Program-made: the position numbers and the translations under genes
Part shown: piece after piece, positions 1-7,860 of the stretch
How positions within the stretch are numbered: position 1 is the first letter of the stretch
Layout of the letters: the number at the start of each line of letters is the position of its first letter
Virus record (IMG/VR): IMGVR_UViG_3300046733_001096
Span: 14,947 to 78,946 of that record
From: a virus
DNA: 64,000 bases
Strand: one strand, 5' to 3'
The notes under the pieces: model-generated
What the model saw: the letters and a program-made list of their open reading frames with translations, nothing else
Told to the model about the DNA's origin: nothing
The model's database searches: none

Positions 1-691
1 AATGATGATGAATATCTAGGACAAGAGCAACATCTTTTTCTAGTTCTAAGCTATCACTGATACCCCATTTGTTTTCGTCATTTTCGATGGTAATGCAGTT
101 CCTTGCCTCTTGTGAGAGTTGGGGTAGGATGGCTTTGATACCGGCTGGACCTTGTCTGCCGGAGATGTGGACATTGATTTTGAAATCCTGAAATTGCTTA
201 CCATAGCCCATGTACCGTGCGATATCTGCATGATATTCAAACTCCTCTACTGAACGCTGAACAATGTCAGGATTGTCACTTGCAAGAACACAGAATTGTC
301 CAGGATGCATTGACATTCTAACATTGTTCAAACGTGCTTTATCACCGATATTACTTAGCTTAGTTGCAATCATATCTGTGATATAGTTTGTTTTTGTAAG
401 ATGCCCAAAGTTTGCTTCTGTGTAAGCCGGTAGCATATCACTGCCAATACGAAGCATACGTTGTGATAGAGGAAGAGTAGAAACGTAATCAATCAAACGC
501 TCAGTTGCATTCAGATTATGTTCAACAATATCATATACACGGTCTTGTGCTTCTTCTTGGTGTTCACGCATCCACCTGATAGTAGTACCACGATAGTTCA
601 GTGGACCTTCTATCTCTTTGAGCATCTTGGGCTTTAGCGTTCTATCATTATGCATGAATTTACACGCAAAGCCAACTCTTTTAATCGTCAT
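1..691 (-). CDS. uvsE: UV damage repair endonuclease UvsE/UVDE (3' end outside window)
   Basis: Manual translation from ATG at 691: MTIKRVGFACK...RISMHPGQFCVLAS...INVHISG...TIENDE...LVLDIHHH, the UvsE motifs. Not in the ORF track because it runs off the window. Confidence 0.9.
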   Translation of the reverse strand, partial: MTIKRVGFACKFMHNDRTLKPKMLKEIEGPLNYRGTTIRWMREHQEEAQDRVYDIVEHNLNATERLIDYVSTLPLSQRMLRIGSDMLPAYTEANFGHLTKTNYITDMIATKLSNIGDKARLNNVRMSMHPGQFCVLASDNPDIVQRSVEEFEYHADIARYMGYGKQFQDFKINVHISGRQGPAGIKAILPQLSQEARNCITIENDENKWGISDSLELEKDVALVLDIHHH

Positions 692-951
692 AGTGAAGCC
701 TTTTCATCTGTGTGAATAAATCGAATCATAGCTTCAACATACATCATTTCAGCAGGGACTACAACCGTTTTATTTATAGGAGGGTTAAACCAATGGGTGT
801 GATAAGATTGAAATCTTTCATTACGCTTTAACCCTTTTAAAACTTTGCCACGAATAGTCCATTTTCGTTTACCACACTCTTGATTTAATAGTTTTACAAT
901 ACCGTAGAATTGTGCTCGACTTGTAAAACCAAATTCAAATTCATATGTCAT
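688..951 (-). CDS. hypothetical protein
   Basis: 87-aa ORF with upstream sigma70 promoter and ATGA overlap with uvsE. Confidence 0.7.
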   Translation of the reverse strand: MTYEFEFGFTSRAQFYGIVKLLNQECGKRKWTIRGKVLKGLKRNERFQSYHTHWFNPPINKTVVVPAEMMYVEAMIRFIHTDEKASL

Positions 952-977
952 AGTTCACCTTTAAGTTCTATAGAAAT

Positions 978-1006
978 ATTATAAATGATAAATACTTTAA
1001 AGTCAA
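978..1006. promoter_or_regulatory. nested divergent promoters: minus-strand sigma70 TTGACT-N17-TATAAT containing a plus-strand late motif GATAAATAC (987-995)
   Basis: Direct reading of the intergenic sequence between divergent genes. Confidence 0.65.
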
Positions 1007-1030
1007 GAAAAAACTTAAAGGAATTCAAAA

Positions 1031-2326
1031 ATGTCAAACATGAAAAATTGGAAAAACATTGTCCAATCTGCCAATCTAAGAGAATCAGATTCTGAGGACG
1101 TAAATTATACAGATCATGAAGTTTCTATGGCAAAATCTCAATTGTTGAGTAGTGTAAAAAGTTCAACACGAATTGCTAAACACCTGTCAGACAAATCTGA
1201 AGATGAAGGTATTCCAGGATGGGTAGCAAGTAAATTAACAGTAGCAGAAGATTATTTACAAGCAGTTGCAGACTACATGGATGGCGAAGAATTACAAGAA
1301 GGCTATAAAGTTATGCCTCCAATGGATCCTAAGTATGTAGAGCGTAAAGGACTAGAAGGTCCATTCACTACACTAAGCGGTAAAGTAGTTTATTATGATC
1401 CAAAGGAAGGTTCATACTACGATCCTGATACTGATATGTATATATCATATGACGAATTCCAAGACTATGATAAAGATTATTCCGGTATGAAGAATGATAA
1501 TAACGAAGTTGAAGAAGGTAATGAATTTAGTGGCGCACTAGCAAATGCTAAAAAATCTGGCAAAAAAGAATTTAACGTTGGTGGAAAAACATACAAAGTA
1601 AAAGAAGTAGTTGAGGCAGAGGCAGAAAATGATACAAAATATGGTATTGTACGCTACCCAGATACAGCAATCTCATATATCAAAAATGATGGCAATGGCT
1701 GGGAACACATCTTTGATAAGTCATACGGCTTTGAAGGTCCTGTAGATAAAGAAGATTTACAGTACGCAAAGAAGATTGCAAAAGAAAAGATTCCATCACG
1801 TATGTTTGAAGCAACAGACACATGTGAATGCGGATGTAACTGTGGTAAAGACGTATGTGAATCATGCGGCAAGAAACATAGTGTAAAAGAAGATACAGTT
1901 AAGTATGAAGACCACGAGGATGACCGTGTAATACTAACAGTAGAAAAAGACAAACTACTATACAATGGTAACCCAATTCAGAATTATGACTGGAACTCAT
2001 CAGCAAAGCATATTATTTCTGATAAGTTTTATGGTCGTGCTAAATCATGGAAAGAAGTACATCAGTATCTAGTAAGATTTTTAGACAACCCAAAGGGTTT
2101 GCAATCTGCTGTTCGTCAAGTATTCAATACAAATGACGAAGGTATCCAAGTAAATGAAACTGTAATGTTTTCAGAAGCACAGTTCGATGAAGCGGCAGGC
2201 GAAAAAGATGCTTGCTATCGTAAAGTAAAATCACGTTACAAAGTATGGCCTTCAGCGTATGCATCGGGTGCATTAGTTAAGTGTCGCAAAGTTGGTGCCG
2301 CCAATTGGGGAAATTCAAAGAAATGA
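1031..2326 (+). CDS. modular putative head-internal protein
   Basis: Acidic multi-domain ORF punctuated by xxE motifs (LRES, LQEG, VEEG, VNET); basic C-terminal KDACYRKVK...WPSAYASG domain; late motif upstream. Confidence 0.6.
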   Translation: MSNMKNWKNIVQSANLRESDSEDVNYTDHEVSMAKSQLLSSVKSSTRIAKHLSDKSEDEGIPGWVASKLTVAEDYLQAVADYMDGEELQEGYKVMPPMDPKYVERKGLEGPFTTLSGKVVYYDPKEGSYYDPDTDMYISYDEFQDYDKDYSGMKNDNNEVEEGNEFSGALANAKKSGKKEFNVGGKTYKVKEVVEAEAENDTKYGIVRYPDTAISYIKNDGNGWEHIFDKSYGFEGPVDKEDLQYAKKIAKEKIPSRMFEATDTCECGCNCGKDVCESCGKKHSVKEDTVKYEDHEDDRVILTVEKDKLLYNGNPIQNYDWNSSAKHIISDKFYGRAKSWKEVHQYLVRFLDNPKGLQSAVRQVFNTNDEGIQVNETVMFSEAQFDEAAGEKDACYRKVKSRYKVWPSAYASGALVKCRKVGAANWGNSKK

Positions 2327-2736
2327 AGATCCGTGAAATCATTATAGAGTCTAAAGAGATTCGTACTCAAAAGCGTGACAATGGATTTACCATTGATTTG
2401 TATGATAACGGCAAGCATGTTGGACAATATACACATGCACGTGAAGATGATATTGTTCGCAATCAAGCAGAGATTTTTCCTGAGTATCGCAACAAAGGTT
2501 ACGGCACAATGCTATTACTTGCCGCAATAAAAACAGCAAACGATTTAGGTTTAGATTTTGAAGAAGATACACAAAGCCTAACACCTGCAATGAGTAGAAT
2601 ATATGACGAACTAGATGATAGTGGAATGATTTATGGCGGCCGTGGTGCATGGGCTATTAGTCCAAGTGGCGAAGTTGAACTTGAAGATTTTTTAACCGAA
2701 GACTTACGTGCTTGGTTTGGCAAAGGTAAAAAGTAA
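2323..2736 (+). CDS. GNAT-like acetyltransferase, putative packaged protein
   Basis: Start MKIREIIIE at 2323 (ATGA overlap); acetyl-CoA motif PEYRNKGYG. Confidence 0.7.
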   Translation: MKIREIIIESKEIRTQKRDNGFTIDLYDNGKHVGQYTHAREDDIVRNQAEIFPEYRNKGYGTMLLLAAIKTANDLGLDFEEDTQSLTPAMSRIYDELDDSGMIYGGRGAWAISPSGEVELEDFLTEDLRAWFGKGKK

Positions 2737-3122
2737 TGCTTATTAAAGAAATTATCACTGAAGCAAGAGCTACACTTTACCACGCTACATACAAACCGTT
2801 CCTAGAAAGTATTATGAAGAACGGGCTTGGTGGTAGTGGTGCTCAAACACAATGGGAAGATAGTAAGCCTGGTTATGTATACCTTGCTAAAGATCCTGAA
2901 GTTGCTCGTAGTCATGCTGAAGCAAACGAAGAAGTGCCAGACGAATACATTGACGACATTGTTGTGTTGAGTATTGATACTAGTCAACTTGACCAGAACA
3001 ATCTAGAAGATGATCCAAATGTGATGGATGACGACAGTACATTAGCATACAAAGGCGTTATCCCTACAAGTGCTTTTGTTATCAATGAAGACTTACGTGC
3101 ATGGTTTGGCAAAGGCAAAAAA
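2698..3122 (+). repeat. 36-bp direct repeat (2698-2733 and 3087-3122) encoding EDLRAWFGKGKK
   Basis: 33/36 identical; the three differences are all at third codon positions. Confidence 0.9.
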
Positions 3123-3365
3123 GGCGGTGCTGGCGGAGGTGGCTGGGATCGTTACAATACCAAAGGCGAACGTATTGGAAAATGTGGTGATGCAAAGGAT
3201 GGCGAAGGTAAGCCCAAGTGTTTATCTAAATCACGTGCTGCATCTCTGCGTGCAAGCGGTGGTAAGAAAGCAATTGCTAATGCAGTGAAACGTAAAAAAG
3301 CAAATGACCCAAATCCTGACCGTCGAGGAAAAGCAAAGAATGTGAATTCACATCCAAAAAAGTAG
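2736..3365 (+). CDS. ADP-ribosyltransferase-like (Tpt1/ART fold) domain fused to a basic domain
   Basis: LYHAT...SIMKNGL...VYLA...VVLSID pattern; basic Gly/Lys-rich C-terminal half. Confidence 0.55.
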   Translation: MLIKEIITEARATLYHATYKPFLESIMKNGLGGSGAQTQWEDSKPGYVYLAKDPEVARSHAEANEEVPDEYIDDIVVLSIDTSQLDQNNLEDDPNVMDDDSTLAYKGVIPTSAFVINEDLRAWFGKGKKGGAGGGGWDRYNTKGERIGKCGDAKDGEGKPKCLSKSRAASLRASGGKKAIANAVKRKKANDPNPDRRGKAKNVNSHPKK

Positions 3366-3377
3366 AGTAATTATTAA

Positions 3378-3575
3378 ATGGCAATACAAATACCAACCAA
3401 TGACCATGCAGTAACATACTGCCAGAACTGCGGGGCAGGCTCGCATTGTGGTAATAGCAAGTATACACAATTTAAAGATTATGAATGCGATGGTGGTGAA
3501 ATAAGAGAAGTAATTACATGTGGCCATTGTAATTGTAAGAAATGCAAAGGCAACTATATACAAAAAAAGGTATAG
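3378..3575 (+). CDS. small Cys-rich putative zinc-binding protein
   Basis: CQNC..HC...CGHCNCKKC. Confidence 0.6.
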   Translation: MAIQIPTNDHAVTYCQNCGAGSHCGNSKYTQFKDYECDGGEIREVITCGHCNCKKCKGNYIQKKV

Positions 3576-3711
3576 AACTATGTATGATTCAAAGTTTGTA
3601 AATGATTATGTTTTTTATTTAAAATTACACGAACAATTACGAATGTCAACTAATGACAGAAATAAATTTTGGTCAAAATATATGAAGGATAAAGAAAATG
3701 AAAATAAATGA
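3520..3711 (+). CDS. hypothetical protein (true start probably about 3580)
   Basis: ORF fills the gap in the operon. Confidence 0.4.
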   Translation: MAIVIVRNAKATIYKKRYRTMYDSKFVNDYVFYLKLHEQLRMSTNDRNKFWSKYMKDKENENK

Positions 3712-4096
3712 TATTTTGAATGAGCAATCAAGTGACATTATTGAAGAAATTACACTTGAAGAGACACAAGATTTTCATGAAGAATTTGGATATCTTGGCT
3801 ATAGTGAAGATGATAGTGATTTATTTGAAGCAGAATATCAAGGGCGCACGGTTAAACTAAACAAACCTATGCGTGGCGATGTTAAAAAGTTTAAAGTATA
3901 TGTAAAGAATGACAAAGGAAATGTAATCAAAGTCAACTTTGGCCACGGCGGCACAAGTGCTAAGTCTAAAGGTGAAAAGACTATGAAAATTCGTAAGTCA
4001 AATCCTAAAGCACGTAAGAGTTTCCGTGCAAGACATAATTGTGATAATCCAGGACCAAAAACCAAAGCACGTTATTGGTCTTGTCGTAAATGGTAA
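3698..4096 (+). CDS. putative head-internal protein (acidic leader, basic domain)
   Basis: MKINDILNE leader; LFEAEYQGR...RKSFRARHNC...ARYWSC basic domain. Confidence 0.6.
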   Translation: MKINDILNEQSSDIIEEITLEETQDFHEEFGYLGYSEDDSDLFEAEYQGRTVKLNKPMRGDVKKFKVYVKNDKGNVIKVNFGHGGTSAKSKGEKTMKIRKSNPKARKSFRARHNCDNPGPKTKARYWSCRKW

Positions 4097-4125
4097 ATGG
4101 TAAATGGTAATATACGGAGATAAAA

Positions 4126-4980
4126 ATGAATGATTATCAACATCCAAATTTAGATAGAAACCTAATGGGAGTTCAAAATGCAATGGAATACAACGTTGCA
4201 GGTGAACCTGCTCTAAGAGTAATTGGAAATAATTTTGGTTGGGGTATTCACCTAGCCGATGGAAATATCGATGGCGTAAGTCACATTGAAAAGTTTGGCA
4301 TGAATATTGATGTTGACAATGATAAAGAAACTATCTGGGACGGTGGTGGAATTTACACATACATCGAAACAGCCGAAACACTCACTGTAACAAGTGATAG
4401 TATAAACGATGCTCCAGCAGGTTCAGGTGCTCGTACTGTAGAAATACAAGGCATGAACCAATCAGGCGAAGTTGTTATTGAAACAGTAGACGTAGGTGCT
4501 ACAACAATTGGAGCATTTAAACGTGTGTTTCGTGTTAAGGCAGTATCAGTAGGCGCAAGCGGTGTTAACGAAGGTACTATCAGTATTACTAGTGATGATA
4601 CTTCAACAGTATTAGCAATCATTGGTGTAGACGGTACAGGCGCAAATGCCGCAGGACGTGGACAAACATTTATGGCACAATATACAATTCCAGCAGGCAA
4701 AACAGGATACATTACACAATGGACTGTTGGTGCTGGTAAACAAAACACAGATGCTATTGCAATGCTTATGACACGTGATCCAGATGCATCAGGCAACGGC
4801 GCTTGGAATGCACGTGATATCATTACAGTGAGTGCAACAACGTATGCAAAGAACTATAACGTTCCTATCAAAGTAAACGCAGAAGATGATATTGAAATTC
4901 GTGCTTATAGTAGTGTAAACAATTCACTAGTAAGTAGTTCATTTTGTGTGATACTAATTGACATTCCAGAAATAGAATGA
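4126..4980 (+). CDS. putative virion structural protein (beta-rich)
   Basis: 284-aa Gly/Thr/Val-rich ORF with SD (GGAG). Confidence 0.5.
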   Translation: MNDYQHPNLDRNLMGVQNAMEYNVAGEPALRVIGNNFGWGIHLADGNIDGVSHIEKFGMNIDVDNDKETIWDGGGIYTYIETAETLTVTSDSINDAPAGSGARTVEIQGMNQSGEVVIETVDVGATTIGAFKRVFRVKAVSVGASGVNEGTISITSDDTSTVLAIIGVDGTGANAAGRGQTFMAQYTIPAGKTGYITQWTVGAGKQNTDAIAMLMTRDPDASGNGAWNARDIITVSATTYAKNYNVPIKVNAEDDIEIRAYSSVNNSLVSSSFCVILIDIPEIE

Positions 4981-4984
4981 CACT

Positions 4985-5509
4985 ATGTTTTCATTTGATA
5001 TCGAAAATATAACCAAAGGTATAGGTATAGTGAGTGCATCATTAGCAATGCTAGGCGGTGGCTATACATTTTGGGATAAAGTGTCTAACAAAGATATTCT
5101 TACTTGGGAACCTGAATATTTTGTGATATCTGATGCGCCAGTCAATGGCGAATTTAAAGTAATTGTTGCTAGAGAAAAGCATAGAGATGATTGCACAGTT
5201 AAAAACTTTACATTAGAAGTACGAGATGTAGACTACATAGTACATCCTGCAAAACCAAGTGTAACAAAATTCTCTGGCCCGGCAAGTGATAAAGTTGATA
5301 AGTTTGGATTTTCTTTTGTAATAGAAGGTAATCATTTAGAGCATATTACAATAGGCAATGCAACGTTGTTGGCACAAATACATTATCTATGTCCTGAAGG
5401 AGATGTTTTTATACATTATCCAGACCATGATAATTTAAGATTTGAAATTGAAGAATTTGATAATAGTATAGAGGATCCTAGAAAAGCAAAACATCATATG
5501 GGTCACTGA
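4985..5509 (+). CDS. hypothetical protein with N-terminal membrane anchor
   Basis: Hydrophobic GIGIVSASLAMLGGGYTFW segment. Confidence 0.6.
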   Translation: MFSFDIENITKGIGIVSASLAMLGGGYTFWDKVSNKDILTWEPEYFVISDAPVNGEFKVIVAREKHRDDCTVKNFTLEVRDVDYIVHPAKPSVTKFSGPASDKVDKFGFSFVIEGNHLEHITIGNATLLAQIHYLCPEGDVFIHYPDHDNLRFEIEEFDNSIEDPRKAKHHMGH

Positions 5510-5532
5510 TAAGATAATAGAGGGGAAATAAT

Positions 5533-5712
5533 ATGTGGATTTTATTATGGATAGCATTAGTGCCCAATACACAAAAAATGGAAACATATCATATTGGCAC
5601 ATTCGCTACTAAAAGCGAATGTGCGGAGGCATTTAAACCTGCAATTGTATTAGTATCAGATAAAAATCAGACACTAGATTGTATTTGGATAGATCCTAGT
5701 ATTAAACCATAA
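5533..5712 (+). CDS. small hypothetical exported protein (59 aa)
   Basis: Manual translation MWILLWIALV...ECAEAF...LDCIWIDPSIKP; SD GAGGGG. Confidence 0.6.
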   Translation: MWILLWIALVPNTQKMETYHIGTFATKSECAEAFKPAIVLVSDKNQTLDCIWIDPSIKP

Positions 5713-5717
5713 GAGAA

Positions 5718-6542
5718 CTAAAGACCCATTGCTTTTTGTGTATTTACACCAACAATGCCATCTGCAACTAAACCATTTTCACGTTGCCAGTCCATAACTG
5801 TGCGTTCTGTTCCTGAACCAAAGATACCATCAGCACTTTCTCCCAATACTTTTTGCATTGCTGCAACATCACTACCTCGATCACCTTTACGCAATGTACG
5901 TTTCTTAGGAGTATAATGTCCTCCCAAAACTTCTAGTGCATGTTCCCAGTGCTTTGTTCTGTCTTCTAACCCAATCGTGCCGCCATTAATTCGTTTGGTC
6001 ATTGTCACAATATCTTGATTATCACAGTAACGATTAATTCTATTTGTATCCCAGAACCAACATGCACTTGCTAACGCACCAATAGGTGTACGAACAAAGT
6101 CAGTTGCATCTTCTGCGCTCATATCTTCTGCTTTACCGAATTGTGTATAATTATGCCGTCCAGTAAGTTGAAGAATACCGCCACCTCTAAATCGCCAGCC
6201 ATCACCACTATTGGTGTCACCATTATCCATTCTATTTGCGTAAATTACATTTGCAATTTTTTCTGGCTGCCTATGATAATCATCTGCATTTCTACCTGCA
6301 CGTTCAAAATATTTTGGAAAAATAGAGTTTAATGCTTTAGAACTATAGTTTAGATTTTCAGTTAACACCGTATATCCAGCACTTTCATGGCCAGTCTGTG
6401 CAATAAAACCTGCTACTCTGTTTTCAGTATCAATATCCCATCTGGGCAATACTCGCTCCATTGCATCAAACCATTCGCCTGCATCAATGCGTGGTAACAA
6501 TTCTGCAACATGTTCTACTTTAAAATCAAATTTAAATCCCAT
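5718..6542 (-). CDS. endolysin, glycoside hydrolase family 19 with C-terminal peptidoglycan-binding domain
   Basis: FIAQTGHES, ENLNYS, FRGGGILQLTGRHNY, TKRINGG; PG-binding LRKGDRG..DGIFG..DGIVG. Confidence 0.9.
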   Translation of the reverse strand: MGFKFDFKVEHVAELLPRIDAGEWFDAMERVLPRWDIDTENRVAGFIAQTGHESAGYTVLTENLNYSSKALNSIFPKYFERAGRNADDYHRQPEKIANVIYANRMDNGDTNSGDGWRFRGGGILQLTGRHNYTQFGKAEDMSAEDATDFVRTPIGALASACWFWDTNRINRYCDNQDIVTMTKRINGGTIGLEDRTKHWEHALEVLGGHYTPKKRTLRKGDRGSDVAAMQKVLGESADGIFGSGTERTVMDWQRENGLVADGIVGVNTQKAMGL

Positions 6543-6543
6543 G

Positions 6544-6969
6544 TTATATCTCCTTCAATATAATAGATTTATTTTCTATTAAAATTTCTCTGTTGTGTAA
6601 ATGTTCTTTTTCAACATCATCTTTGGACTGACCGTGATAACGAACAGCCAAGTTTTTTTCAATCATTATATCAGTAAATAGTTTATCATCAATACTAAAA
6701 TCCCCAAGTATGCGACCAAACTTCCCAGTTTTATCTTTGGTAGTCATTATGATCTGTGATGATCCTACTGGCATTAGTTCTTTTACAAATTCTTTTGCTA
6801 ATATACCAAACTGTTTTTCTACCAAATCCCTGGTGCGAGTTTCTGGAGTATCAATCCCCATAATCCGAATACGTTCTTTATGTAACCATACTCCAAATCC
6901 TAAGTCAATATCTACGTCAACTGTATCCCCATCAACTACTCTGAGTATTTTGCACCTATATTTATACAT
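6544..6969 (-). CDS. thermonuclease (SNase) family protein
   Basis: RVVDGDTVD, RIMGIDTPE, GKFGRILG. Confidence 0.9.
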   Translation of the reverse strand: MYKYRCKILRVVDGDTVDVDIDLGFGVWLHKERIRIMGIDTPETRTRDLVEKQFGILAKEFVKELMPVGSSQIIMTTKDKTGKFGRILGDFSIDDKLFTDIMIEKNLAVRYHGQSKDDVEKEHLHNREILIENKSIILKEI

Positions 6970-7269
6970 TTACCAAAACTTCAGTGATTTTGTTGCTTTC
7001 TTGGCAGCATTATATGCAGCATCAGCAGATTTTTCAATCGCACCGGTAGTTGCTTTTTTCGCTGTTTTTGCAACTGCGGTGGCTTGCTTCTTAGCATCCT
7101 TGACACCTGCATCTGCTGCTGCTTTCGCTGCTGCTGCTGCTTCTACTGCTAATTGCTCATTTTTTTGTGCTGCTTTAGTTGCTGCCGCTGCTGCTTCTGC
7201 TGCCGCTTTTTCAGCAGCCTTAATTGCAGCATTCATTTTTTTATCCCAATCTTTTGGCATTTGTGACAT
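6970..7269 (-). CDS. Ala/Lys-rich helical protein
   Basis: AAxKAA repeats ending KKATKSLKFW; resembles the helical arm of the 7861-9618 protein. Confidence 0.65.
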   Translation of the reverse strand: MSQMPKDWDKKMNAAIKAAEKAAAEAAAAATKAAQKNEQLAVEAAAAAKAAADAGVKDAKKQATAVAKTAKKATTGAIEKSADAAYNAAKKATKSLKFW

Positions 7270-7270
7270 T

Positions 7271-7855
7271 TTATTTCTCCTTAGTTTCTTTAATTTTAAA
7301 ATTCATACTAATAACAATTCGTTTATCATTGGTATGGTTCTTTGTAACAAAGTGACTTATTGTACTATCAAACATTACAAATTTGTTTGGCTCCGCTTTA
7401 ATAGTTGTTTGTTCAGTTATATACGGATTTTGTTTGTATTGAAATACCAAGTCTCCACTTCTTGGAGGAACTTGTACATAATATGCTGCACTAACGTGTG
7501 CGCCTTCTGCATAATTTTCTTCTGATTCATGAGTATGTAAATTAGTAGATTCATTCTTGCCATGCACCACTGACCAAAAAGCAGTGTTTGGGTCTTCTGT
7601 ACTACTAGTATTCCAACATAATTCAATTTCTGTGCCAAATGCATCAAACCATTCTTTTTCTAAACTTGATGCAATCCTTTGTACCTGAGCGTTAAACTCA
7701 ATCCTAACATCTTCCTTTCGTATATGGTCATCATCTTCTGCCATGAAGTTATTATTATAATAACTATTCATTATCATAGCAGAAAGTCCTAGTAGGTCTT
7801 CATTAAGAAATCCTACTAGGTACTCTTGCTTGAAAAGTGTAATCTTTTCAGTCAT
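7271..7855 (-). CDS. putative 2OG-Fe(II) oxygenase (cupin/DSBH)
   Basis: LHTH...SAAYYV...GDLVF...FDSTISHFV...RIVISMN. Confidence 0.7.
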   Translation of the reverse strand: MTEKITLFKQEYLVGFLNEDLLGLSAMIMNSYYNNNFMAEDDDHIRKEDVRIEFNAQVQRIASSLEKEWFDAFGTEIELCWNTSSTEDPNTAFWSVVHGKNESTNLHTHESEENYAEGAHVSAAYYVQVPPRSGDLVFQYKQNPYITEQTTIKAEPNKFVMFDSTISHFVTKNHTNDKRIVISMNFKIKETKEK

Positions 7856-7860
7856 ATATA

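Noticed and set aside
46-240. 64-aa minus-strand ORF in the track
   Set aside because: Out-of-frame shadow inside uvsE, which occupies 691 to beyond position 1
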